Source: Lama glama (taxonomy: Eukaryota). From it: 64,000 bases of DNA. Below are positions 52,250 through 64,000 of this stretch, piece after piece. The number at the start of each line of letters is the position of its first letter. Positions within the stretch are counted from its first letter, which is position 1. Under the pieces are notes generated by a model. It made no database searches and was not told the DNA's origin. It was given only the letters and a program-made list of their open reading frames with translations. The position numbers were made by a program, and so were the translations under genes. The stretch spans positions 87,422,001 through 87,486,000 of the forward strand of contig CM052816.1 in assembly GCA_028534125.1 (NCBI GenBank), in the 5' to 3' direction.

Positions 52250-52890
52250 GAGGTCATGTTGCCTGTCAGTGCCTCTGGGACTGAAAACCTGTTTTTTAAG
52301 ACAGCAGAACAATACACTAATAGAGGTTATCTGGAACTGGATCATGCTGGGTCCAGTAAGGAGAGTAGACTGGTTTGAAGTAGGATGCAAGGGTAGATGG
52401 TGAGTTTTACATCCAGGTAAGATGTGATGATAATCTTTATTAGAACTGTTTTAGTAGGAATCTGAGGGATATTTAGGAAGGAAAAATTAGCAGCACTTAA
52501 GTGGTGATTGATTTAATGTGGGTGGGTTGGTGAGCAAGAGAGGAAAGTAGCTGCGCAGAGAGGACCCTAGGTCCTTGTCCAGGGAAGGGAACATACAAGG
52601 TGGAGAATATTAAGAGGAAAGAGAAAGTATAAATAAATATGAATTTAAAATGACAACATATAGTAAGAAACTGGAAATACAAGTCTTGGAGTCAGGACAG
52701 ATCCTTGTTGAATCAAGAAAATCACTAGACTATATTCAGATACAGGTAAGATATGGTTAAATCATAGCCATAAATCTGCTGGTAATGTAACACTGCTTGT
52801 ACAGGAAGATGAATAAAGAAAACTGTGTTGGTCTTTAAATGAGAAATTTCTACAAACATTTGATGATGTACCTTGTAGAAAAAAGTGGTA
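52250..52890 (-). mobile_element. L2 fragment
   Basis: catccaggtaagatgtgatg...gatatttaggaaggaaaaattagcagcactt...gattgatttaatgtggg reversed L2 pattern. Confidence 0.65.
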
Positions 52891-55800
52891 GCCAGACTAA
52901 ATGCCAATTAATATGTTGGCCATCTATGAATAAGAAATACAAACTATAAACATTGAATTCTTAATAAAACTATAGGAAAAAAATAATTGAGTGGTTACCC
53001 CCCCCAAACACACATAAATCAGGAGAAAATCTTGCAGTGAATGTCCTATAAATACATATTTGTGATTTTAAAAGCCTTTGGAGTGATTTACCCGTAGACA
53101 ACTTGCCCTATGGTGACAAACAAAAGCAGGAGGGGTAATACTCTAAAGTAATACGATGGTATAGCTGTCATCGTGGGCACACATTTTACTTATTCAGACG
53201 AGACTTTGAGACCCAACCCGTCAAACCAAGGTCCTGAAAAAATCCTTTGCTCCACATTATCTCACAGGCACATTTATTATTTGAAAGTGTCTTATTTGGA
53301 CCAGGGCTCATCACCATGGCCGCTGCTTTCTTTCTCTTTGTTCTTTGAGCAAATTGGGCCTATCTGTGTAAATTTCTAATATTAAACTAATAATATTAGC
53401 TACAGAAGCAACAATGTATGTATGTTATTTTCATATTATACTTCATGTCTTCCCAAGTAATTTCCGAAACCAAATCATCTTCCTTTATTCTCTAGTTGTG
53501 AGTTGGCAATTCTTTAACTATAGAACACTTTTATTAATATCATGGTTTTAAATTCCTCTATCTGGGAAAACCTATTTTCAGCGAATCATCTGATTTTAAT
53601 GAGGCCTGTCCTAACCCAGTTTTCTACATGGGTTAATAAAGCCAAGAGTGAGTCATGGAACACAGAAAAGGTCTGAGGGGACCGAGGTGAACTCATTTCT
53701 ATTAATCTCTAGTTATTCACAGCCTGGCCTTTACTTAAGGACAAAGTTCGCCAGGATAGTGTCTCTCATATATTTATGCAAAGAGATGAATTTTCCATGC
53801 TACGTTATGAACATTACTCATGATATAACATTTAAAGTGTCAGATGTGTATTTATAAATATGTTTCAATGCTTAAAAGTTCTAAACTGTAGGTTTGATTT
53901 TGAACTTTGGTCCCGAAAGTAAAATCTAGTCGTTTTCATATGGCATTAAAATTCTCAAAATGTAATGTTTGCATTGTATGGTAAAATAGCCAAATGCTTT
54001 CCATTACTTTTTAAAGCATAGAAAAATGGCATCTTAATCCACCTCCATCTGATTTTATATCATACTTAGCAAATGAAGAGATTCAGATACACAGTACATT
54101 TTTAATGTAAGTGGATATTTTTGGAGGTAGGTACACAGAAGAAGTAACTGGAAGTTCCTTTATGTGAATTCACACTCTGTGATCACACTTTGTTTCATTG
54201 CAAAAACTTAAAGTGTGCCCTCTAACACATGACCCATACATGCTTCTCAACCAAATCCAATGCAAAATTCCCACATAAGTTTTCCAATAAAGAACATATA
54301 AGAAATAAGCACACAAAGATCCCAGAATTTTATGTTTTGTAAGAAGATGTCAAATATCAAGTTTTGAACTGCCATTGAATATGTAACCTAGATCATACGT
54401 AAGAATCTCGAGTTTCAAAGGAACCCATTTCTGTTTGGACATACTCTATCCAAAACATTATCTTCATCATTTTTTCCACTCCCTTGCCTACCATTTAAGA
54501 ATGTTCCTAGAAGCCTGAATCACTCTTATCTCACCATTCTCCCCCTGGAAGTGCATTCTGGCCCAAGAAGCAGGGGAAATGTTAGGCTCAATTACTCTGG
54601 ACTAAAGAGTACAGAGTAAATCAGAAGACGATTGCACGCACTTATTTCCAAAGGAAAGCTGCCCATTGCTGCTAAGAATAACAGCTGACAAAGCTTTTTA
54701 ATCATAAGCTGGAGCTAAAGTGAAGGAAAACAGGTCGGTAGAAGGGAAGAAATGAAAAATGAAGAAGCCTTTGGTGGGAGGAGATTGAGGAATGTCAGCT
54801 TAGTAACTGCACAGCCAAAGAAAAGAAATAGACCAGAAGGAGGAAGAAAAGAAGAAATTGGCAGAAGGCTCATTATATAAATTACACTTACCCTGTGCCC
54901 CAAGCGCTTTTCAGTTTCAATTCCTGTTGCTGCACCAAAAGATTTGTATTGATTTTGGGCCATGCAAAAATATTTAGTCTTTGGAATGATTAATGAGATT
55001 GAATATGACCAATCTTCTTGCCAGTTTTGAGCAGTAAAGCTTTGCTTAGAAAAGTCAAACTTCATTTTTTTCCCTTTCTGAGTATAGCACTTTGCATAAC
55101 CTCATACAAAATTGGAACCCACACTTTATATTTATGGAAGATTCAAAATATATTTTAAAATGTAACAACTTGAGTATTTGGAATAATCAGCTGAGTGATC
55201 TTGATGATGCACAGTTCATCCAAATATTCACTCTTTTCATCAATGTGTCACACTTAGAGTGAAGAGAGAGGATTTATAGGAATGAATAAGGTTACATAGC
55301 GTTGGCTTTGCCCCCACATCTTATTTTGTCAGTAGTGATTGTGTTTAAGCTGACAGTGAGCTGTCCCTATTGTTGCTAAAATTACTGTTTACAATCTCTG
55401 AAAGCAAGTATTTCTACCAAAATTATACGGAAAACCACTTTTAGAAAAATTATACCTCCATATTTATCCATAGATCATACATTTTAAAAACCAAAAGCCA
55501 ACATTATAATTTGTCTATAAGCAAATTTTACTTTGTTACAGAGAAGATACAATTTTGGCTATAGAAGTACAGAAATGTAAAATGTACTAGGATCCAAACT
55601 GTGTGTGAGGTACTGAGGATATAAAGATGGGAAAGTAATATGTGTCTTCAATGATAGGGTTAATTATTGTCTTAGTTTTGGTAATGCTTTTAATGTAATC
55701 AAGTTCTCTGATCAAATGAGTGATTCAGAATTGAAAAGTAATTACATTTTTCTTTTAGTCTGTATAACTAGGTACACATGACCTAAATCTTCAACTTTTT

Positions 55801-56500
55801 GTCATGCATAGAATATGTCCCTTGTGAAATGTATGTGTTTACAGTGAAAATATTTTTTTCCCATATGTCCAAAATATTTTTAAATGTAAGTAATTTGGAG
55901 ACAGCCATTTCTGTGCCTTTTGCTCACTGCTTCTCAGCTAGGAGGCTTTGATAAACATCAAGGTGCTGCTGCTGAAAAAAAGTAGAAGCATTTAGATCCC
56001 AAGGTAGACAGTAATTTAATTTTATAAACTTCTTTCAGGAATAAGTGCATGCAAGTCACTGAAAACTGAAAATACAAGACAAAGCCCCAAACTGCAAAAT
56101 AGTTCTTTTATAAACCATGATAAGTGTGCTATATGAATTTAATGAAGAGAAATTCTAGACTAGCATACTGTCTTTGGCTTTGGAGATATATATATTATAT
56201 ATATATTTGTTGTTATTGATGTTCTAAGTGTAAAATTGGAGTTTAGTGGCCACTCAACAGTTGAAACACATACTGTTAAGTAAGAAAATTACAAGAAAAA
56301 AAAAGATTTAGGTAGGTACTATTAAGTACCTTAGTTTTTGAATTTTTGTTCCCTTTGGGAAACATGACATTGCAACCACTTCAGTAAAATCTGTTAAAAT
56401 GTAAGATCTCTCGAAAATTATTTATAATTTCAATCTGTGAAATTGATTTAGAAGTAGACATTGATTTTACATGCTGATTAAAAATAGCCTATCATTTTGA

Positions 56501-57723
56501 TAAACTCAAAATGGATTAAAGACTTAAATGTTAAAACCAAATACTATAAAACTCCTAGAGGAAAATATAGGCAGAACACTCTTGGACATAAATCACAGCA
56601 ATATGTTTTTTGAACCAGCTCCTGGAGTAATGAAAATAAAAGCAAAAATAAACAAATAGGATCTAATTAAACTTAAAAGCTTTTGCACAGCTAAGGATAC
56701 CACCAACAAAACAAAAAGACAACCTGCAGAATGGGAGAAAATGTTTGCAAATGATGTGACTGACAGGGACTAATTTCCAAAATATACAAACAATTCATGC
56801 ACTTTAATATATTAAAAAAAAAGGCAACCCAATCAAAAAATTGGCAGAAGACCTAAATAGACATCTCTCCAAAGAAGATATACAGATGGCCAACAAGCAC
56901 ATGAAAAGATGCTCAGCATCACTCAATTGTTAGAGAAATGCAAATCAAAACTACAATGAGGGATCACCTCATACCAGTCAGAATGGCCATCATTAAAAAG
57001 TCTACAAATGATAAATGCTGGAGAGGGTGTGGAGAAAAAGGAACCCTCCTACACTGTTGGTGGCAATGTAAATCGGTACAGCCATTATCCAGGACATTAT
57101 AGAGGTTCCTTAAAATCTAAAAATAGACTAACCGGATGATCCAGCAATCCCACTCCTGGGCATATATCTGGAGAAAAATATAATTCAAAAAGACACATGC
57201 ACCACAATGTTCACAGCAGCACTATTTGCAATAGCCAAGACATGGAAGCAATCTAAGTGTCCATTGACAGATGACTGGGTAAAGAAGATGTGGTATATAT
57301 GTAGAATGGAATACTACTTAACCATAAAAAACAATAAAATAATGCCACTTGCAGCAACATGGATGGACCTGGAGATCGTTGTTCTGGGTGAAGTAAGCCA
57401 GAAAGAGAAAGAAAATTGCCATGTGGTATCACTTATATGTGGAATCTGAAAAAAAATGACACAAACGAACTTGTCTACAGATTACAAGCAGACTCACAGA
57501 CCTGGTGAACAAACCTGTGGTTACTGAGGGGTTGGGGGAGGTGGGAGGAGATAAACTGGTAATTTGAAGATTGCCCCTCTTGGGGAGTGATGGAAATGTT
57601 GGCTGTCTCAATTGTGGTAGTGGTTTCATTGGTGTATACGTCTATCAAAATTGATCAAGTTATACATTTGAAAGATGTGTAGTTTACTGTAGAGGAATCA
57701 TACCATAATAAATGTATTAACAG
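56501..57723 (+). mobile_element. Chimeric L1 insertion: young camelid-type L1 ORF2/3' UTR (56501-~57575) fused to an old L1MC/MD-type 3' end (~57578-57720), with 16-bp TSD
   Basis: ORF 57207-57449 MFTAALFAIAKTWKQSKCPLTDDWVKKMWYI is the L1 ORF2 C-terminus; tagcctatcattttga at 56485-56500 and 57724-57739; AATAAA at 57707-57712. Confidence 0.92.
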
Positions 57724-58399
57724 TAGCCTATCATTTTGAATAAAAATAGAAATTAGAGAAATTTAAAACTGATGACTATTTTCACTTTGAAAGATATTAC
57801 ATTTGATTAATGCCAAGCACACTATGTTTATATAATTCAATCCCCTTCCTATTTTCATTAGCTTTTATTATACATTAGTTTGTTGGGGGAGAAGTGCTGG
57901 GCCCCCTCCCGGTGGAAGAGGACTTCTCTAAGATAACGACCCTGACCTCTTGCCCACCCTCTCTTCTCAACGAAGAAGGAGTAATTCATGGGTGGACTAG
58001 AATGACTCAAAAGGTGGAAGAAGGATGGATGATTCTGTCTGAGCCATTTCCTCACCTTCTTATAGAAATTTGTCTGCTTACATCAAATGTAAATTCTGTC
58101 TTCCTCTCTCTCTCCTTTCTCTTCTATCTTGCTGTGAAGAACAGGTCCCCATGACAGGGCCTCCGGTCTGTGACCTCTACCAGCGACTTTTCCTGTGTAA
58201 GTTGACTAGTGGGAGCACTGAGACAGCAGCAGGGCCACAAGGCGGAAAGACCTCAATGACATGAATCTCCACAGCAGCAGCAAACCGAGTGAAAACATAC
58301 ATAAATGTTTTCACAATTTTGGAGTTGTAAAATTTTTTCTAAACATGTAATTTTACTCATAAAGGAATATATTTAATTTCTTGTTCAAAATAAACAAAT

Positions 58400-58930
58400 A
58401 CATTTAAAGGAAATATAACCAGTTGAGAAAAATAAATTTGCAACTTCTATAGAATGAATGATTTCCTTACACCCAAGAATTTGTTTCAAAATGTGAAAAA
58501 AATATGAAAAAAAGGCCCTGAACCTCTACTACCAGGGTAAATTACATAAAGACATAGTCATAGAAAAAGCACCCATAGTCAATAAGCAAGTGAAAGATGT
58601 TTACTCTTAGCTGCTGGAAATTTAATGCAATGATTCAAATAATTTAAATAAAGTAATGCTTTATAGTGTACATGCCTATCCTTTAATAATAATGTCACTC
58701 CATAAAAGTCTCACCCTAAACAAGAAACAATTACATAAAGGAACATTTCAGTAATTCTAATGAGAAATATTATGTCTTTTCTAACCAAACCACCAGAACA
58801 ATCTTTATAGAAAAATATATACATTAAGCGGAAAAAAAAAGAAGTTTGTATAGTACTGGACACCCATTTACAAATAAATAAATATGGATGATGCATTAAA
58901 TGTAATGCATCGATGGTTTATATTACTCAC
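58400..58930 (+). mobile_element. Ancient L1ME-type ORF2 3' fragment
   Basis: gagaaaaataaatttgcaac, gtcaataagcaagtgaaagatgtttactc, aaataaataaatatgg. Confidence 0.5.
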
Positions 58931-59789
58931 TATAGGAATAAGAGAAGATTAGATTGGTAGTAACTTGAAGAAGAAGGAGGTGAGAATCATTCTTCAAAAA
59001 TGTTTTCCTCTTTCGGCATTCTTTCTTCATCAGTTTCCTTTTCCTGGACTGTGGGTAGCTCAAGGATGTCTAGCACTTAAACTACACCTAAGCACAAAGT
59101 TATCACACCAAACACCTTTAAGACAACACAAAAGCTAAAGGCTAGAATCCTCGGAATAATGGAGATCATGCATGTACACAAGAGACTAAGTTTTGCGTGG
59201 AAAATGCCAGCTCTGAAAACTTCACTTGTACGTATGTTAAGTCAAACTTTAAGAGTATCTGAACAGGGTGGTGTCTCATTCACATGTGTACCAAGTGTTG
59301 TTTCTAACCAGGAACTCTTATCCTAATTGGTGCTTGTGTCTTTGCCTGAAACTAAAATGTCAAAATATCACATCTTTTAGCTTATCAATTTAGGGTGTTT
59401 TAGATGAAAATGCTGATCATTATAAAAGGCCTATTTTGGCAAGAAGTTGTAAACTGGATAGTAAATTTGTAATACATATACCAAATTTTACACACCAGTC
59501 ACACATTATTTTTCTGATTTTAAATGCCTGGATTTTCACAACTCTGAAATTTTCTCACAACCCTTGTATCATGCTTATTTTTTTTTTTCCTGGAAAAATC
59601 CTGTTCCTCTAAATAAATTTACAATATTCTCTCTGAAAATGCTTCCCCATCTCAGAATGTGGTTAAAAATGTGTCCTCGGGTGCTTTGGAGCTCCGTGTA
59701 AGCGATCATCATAAGCAATAGCACATTGTGCTGTAAGTGCCCAGCCCCAGCCTCCCCCAACTCCACATGCATGAGCACACACGCACCTG

Positions 59790-59892
59790 CGCTAGGGCTG
59801 TGAGCTCCTTGCAGAATAGATGTGGATCCCTTATTCCTGTGTCCCCAGTGTTTCTTAAGTAGGCACTGATCATTGATTTTGTGGAATTAACT
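59790..59892 (+). mobile_element. L2 3' end fragment
   Basis: ctgtgagctccttgcag...ttattcctgtgtccccagtg...agtaggcactga. Confidence 0.7.
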
Positions 59893-61476
59893 ATTAAACA
59901 ATAAAAATGATCAAATGATATAAACTGTAAAGTGGTGGAATACCCAGCACTTTATTATCATCATATTTAGTTATTTGTAGTGGTTTTGTTGGCTTGCTGT
60001 TTATTTGATTTTTAACTAGTCTGAGAGCTGGATAAATATTCTAGCCGTTCTACTTCTTGGCTGAATGTCCATGAGCTTACTTAGCTTATCTAGAGATAAC
60101 AAATACTCAGGGTAATTATGAAGACAGGATAGGACTATATAATAAACAGGTATATGTGCACCTTAGAGCACATGAAGAATATGCTACTTATATTTCATTT
60201 TGTCTTCTCTTTGTTTCCAACCTTTGCACACATCTCATGAAGCCAACTTATTCAGTGTGTACCAATCTCAACAAAAGGAAGAAAATGTACTATTTACCTC
60301 CAGTGTTGTTATTACTCACTGTTCCGTGTTGCTCAATATATTGGTTTTAGTCCAGAATTACTCTGAATTATTTTAGTATTCTAATTCTCTGATTTCAATG
60401 AAAATGAACAGAATGAATATGTGAGATTGGTTGAAATATAGTTTTCAGTCAGGCTTAACAGCATGGCGGACTCAAGCAACCTCCCTACTCCTGAAATGAG
60501 ATTTTTGTGAACCACCATGACCCCAAGGTAATGCTATGGACTGTGATTCTGTGTCAGTGGTATATTGATTTCAGAAATGACACAAATCTAGTTTTGATTG
60601 TGGGATCCTTTAACCTGTAACTTCTATGTAACAATGATAAATCTTAAGGTTATAATATACCTCCTGCTGTCAAGTCTGATCCATCCAAGGACAACCAAAT
60701 AAGGATTTCAGTTTACCTTGAGAATAACCTATGCCTTTTCAGTTTAATTCATTGAAGTTATTACCCATAAGGGGGACATATTTAGAGATATATACTTATA
60801 TTATCTAAAGTATGTTTACATATGTGATATATAATTAATGGGCAATGTAATTAGTTTTAATTAGTATTTAATATTTTTATTACATACAGATTTTTGAACC
60901 TGAATTTCCCTTTTGAATCCAGAACGTTATTAAAAAAAGCATCATTAAATGTCATTAAGCTTTTCTCTGGTACTAATATTTTTTCAGTCGTCAAATGGCA
61001 TTCTCAGTGCTACTGAAGTCCTTTAGACTGAGGTATAGAAAATGTCAGGACTTGAACTTTGTACATGTATAGAGGGCTGTGGATCCTACATATTAATCAG
61101 GCATGATTCGGCCCACCTTATATGGCATTTTGCTCTCACATATGTGTCTCCCTCTTGGCTAAGTTTAAGTTCAGATTGTCATAGAAGTATGTATAACTGA
61201 TTTACTAAAAGACCAAGGATTTGAGAGATACAAGCAGAAATCAGCTTCATTTTTCCTTTTCAGTAGGACTTCTCCTTCTACTCATTCCTAGAGTTGATCC
61301 TTTTACTCTTGAGTGAAATCAGAGTCCACAGCTTTTTTATGCATCACATTGCTTCCCTGATTTGGTTGTTTTCAAGTGAATTCCAGCCTTGACTCTGGCT
61401 TCTGACAGTGCACTCTGCTTTTGAGGACACTTGTTCTTTTGGGTGGATTTTTCCTAATGGGGTAAATTTTAGAGAT

Positions 61477-61522
61477 CCCAGCAATAGCTTCTTGCCCAGC
61501 ACCAGTTTCTTGCCCAGCACCA
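61477..61522 (+). repeat. 18-bp tandem repeat, ~2.5 copies
   Basis: cccagcaatagcttcttg / cccagcaccagtttcttg / cccagcacca. Confidence 0.9.
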
Positions 61523-61599
61523 TGGAGCTAGAGCTAATTTCTAATTCAACCTTCTCCATGCACTGTTGCCAGAGGCCACTATAGTTGCTTGATGGAATA

Positions 61600-62000
61600 T
61601 ACTATTAATAGCTCCCTATGCAGCTTTCCTCTCTGAATTTATTCCCTCCTGTCTTTATACACCTCCAGTCTTATCAATCACTGTGGCCTTCTTGCTGTTG
61701 CTCAAGCACACACATGTCTCAGGGACTTTGTACTTGAAGTTCCCTACGCCAGAACTGATCCCTCAAAACTTCCCATGGTTAATTCCATTTTTTATTTCAG
61801 GTCTCTAGTGAAATATCACTGATTTAAATTGACTTTCTCTAGTCATCCTTTCTGAAGCAGCACCCCTACATATTACATCACACATCATTGCTTTACACCT
61901 GCTTTCCTTCTTAGAATTCCATCCATCACTACTTGTAATTGTGTTAGATAGTGATGTGGTTACCTGTTTGTTTTATGTGGCTCTAGAATTAATTGTATCC
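61600..62000 (+). mobile_element. L2 fragment
   Basis: ggccttcttgctgttgctcaagcac...tctcagggactttgtacttg...ttcaggtctctagtgaaatatcac. Confidence 0.75.
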
Positions 62001-62002
62001 CC

Positions 62003-62190
62003 TGTATTAGTCAGAGTTCTCTAGAGAAACAGAATCAGTGTGTGTGTGTATGTGTACACGAGAGGGGAATATTTATTCTAAGGACTTAGATCATGTGATT
62101 GTGGAGCTGACAACTCCAAATCTGCAGGGTAGCCAGCAAGTGGGATACTCAGAGGGGAATTGATGCTGCAGTTCAAATCCAAAGGCAGCC
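62003..62190 (-). mobile_element. Truncated MLT2-like ERVL LTR
   Basis: tgtattagtcagagttctctagagaaacagaa...tcatgtgattgtggagctg...aaatctgcagggtag...tccaaaggcag. Confidence 0.88.
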
Positions 62191-62695
62191 CAAAGACCAT
62201 ACAAAAACTAGTTAGAGTTAGCTAATCTCGGATAAGAATGGAGGTATAGTGTGTAATAGCCTCTTCTGTTCTGGAAGTGAGATATGAGAGTAATTAGAAG
62301 TTAAAATATTTTAGATGAATTTAGATTAATTTTACTCTAGCAAAACTGTAGTTCCTTCCATTACAAATTGGTGATAGTTTTGATATTTATATTGTGGCAA
62401 TAGCATTTTGTGTTATAATAAATAGAAATTAAAGAATAGGAGAAAATGTTTATCACTTAAATTTTAAGGGAAATCAAAACTAGACTTTGACCACTTCATT
62501 TATCCTTCCCCTTCGTCAGTTGCCTCATCTGTAAATTGAAAGGATGGACTAGGTTAGCATTGCTCCTTAAAGAGCTGACATAATAGGCTTTTGTATAAAC
62601 ACCATGTCTTCTTTCAGATTTGGTATCTTTTTACTGTGAAATGTGGATGCTAGTCATTGTCAGTGCCCCTCAGGCAAAGACCTTCAGGAATGAAT

Positions 62696-62789
62696 GAAGA
62701 AAAAGAAAGAGAGAGAGAGAGAAAGGAAGGAAGGGAAAGAAAGGAAAGAAAGGAAGAAAGAAGGAAAGAGAAAGAAAGAAAGAAAGAAA

Positions 62790-62849
<60 letters not shown>

Positions 62850-62866
62850 GGAAGGAAGAAAGAAAG

Positions 62867-62897
<31 letters not shown>

Positions 62898-62900
62898 AGG
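62696..62900. repeat. Compound (GAAA)n/(GA)n/(GGAA)n microsatellite; 205-bp pure purine tract
   Basis: No pyrimidine between 62696 and 62900; explains the K/E/R- and F/L/S-rich ORFs. Confidence 0.99.
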
Positions 62901-64000
62901 TTGAGTTTATTACTTGCTGCAGCAAGCAAGACTACACATTTGAAAAACACTGGATTTTTCAAAAAAGAAGAGATGGATAGTGTAGAGCATTTTTTGACTG
63001 GGGACATGGAATGAATCATAGAATTATCTTGCCAAGGATTTAACAGAAAAAGCATTGTGTTTTTTGGAACAGTGAATCCTGTTATCATTATATTAAATGA
63101 GTTCATTTGGATTTACTTTTAGATATATTTTCTAATATCTTAAACCATATGTTCTAAGTCAACTTGTGTTATCCTATTGTGTGTTGAGTTTGAGCTCAGT
63201 TAGTCTGGGACGGACATTATAGTTTAGCCTGGCACAGTTGATCTATTTTGCATCTATAGTACACGCCAGTTGGAAAAGCTCCTCCTTACAGACTAACTAC
63301 CAGCAGAGAAGTTTTCAAATGTATTGTTATAATGCTCTAGAGTTGTGGGAAATATTTAAATATAAAATATGGGCAAAGCACTTAACCTGTAGTAGGTATA
63401 CAAGAAATACCTGTAAAAAGTTTAGACATTACTCACCAATTATGAAAAATAATATCATGTTAAATAAATAAAATAGGATTGCACAGTTAAACTGGATAAT
63501 AAAATTGTGAAGTAGAATGGAGAATATATTCTAAAGCTAATAACCAACTGCTATCATGTTATTAATTGTTAGTCATATGTATGTTTTGAAGTCCTTTATT
63601 CTCATTCAATGACACTGTGTGACTAAAGAAAGCAAACAAATTATCTTTGACATTCTTATTTAATCTAAGGATACGCTAGCATTACAATGATGATCAATAC
63701 TGTATACCATATGGAAATATTAGTCTACTTTATTTGTCTTTTGTGGTTGGAATGGACAAAAAAACAGAACAAAACAAAAAAAAAACACCCAATTCTAGAC
63801 AAGTGAGCCTAAAATAAAAGTGTAGATTCTCAAACACAAGAAATCTGTAGGAGTTGCTGACACAGTCAAAACCTGATAAAAACAGAATGCCTTCATTCTC
63901 TGCATGCCAACTCCATTTTTGCTTTTCTTTACCTATTGTCCTGTTGTGGACTTCCTGCACATATGCCTATGAGAAACAGAGACTCGAGGCATTCTTTCTC

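Noticed and set aside
58890..58911. Perfect 9-bp inverted repeat gatgcatta-aatg-taatgcatc; similar short palindromes at ~50527-50548 and 54163-54187
   Set aside because: Short, AT-rich and isolated; expected occasionally in 64 kb.
62650..63106. Four overlapping 91-140 aa ORFs
   Set aside because: They are translations of the (GAAA)n microsatellite.
1..64000. CRISPR arrays, tRNA/rRNA genes, operons or prokaryotic defence systems
   Set aside because: The sequence is mammalian and repeat-rich; I saw no repeat-spacer array, structured RNA gene or long ORF.

Overview
AT-rich mammalian genomic DNA with no recognisable protein-coding gene, RNA gene or CpG island; it reads as deep intron or intergenic sequence. 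A large share is recognisable interspersed repeat: ancient L2, MIR and L3/CR1 fragments, old L1M/HAL1-type pieces, MaLR (MLT1), ERVL (MLT2, LTR33-, LTR41-, LTR47-, MER77-like) and ERV1-like solo LTRs, hAT DNA transposons (MER45-, MER58-like), and four younger L1 3' fragments. Their 3' UTR resembles camelid (Camelus/Vicugna) L1. I saw no Alu, B1, Bov or PRE SINEs, so a camelid genome is my inference. The protein-like ORFs in the track are L1 ORF2 remnants or microsatellite translations. Repeat subfamily names were assigned by eye from remembered consensus features and need RepeatMasker/Dfam confirmation. I found no evidence of a new multi-gene system. The most interesting signals are mutational fossils: (1) a 145-bp locally templated insertion with a fold-back junction inside an L2; (2) a chimeric young-L1/old-L1 insertion bracketed by one 16-bp target-site duplication (TSD); (3) a very short L1 carrying an extra 3' tag before its poly(A). 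There are also small perfect tandem duplications, a 205-bp pure purine tract and several weak candidate exons.
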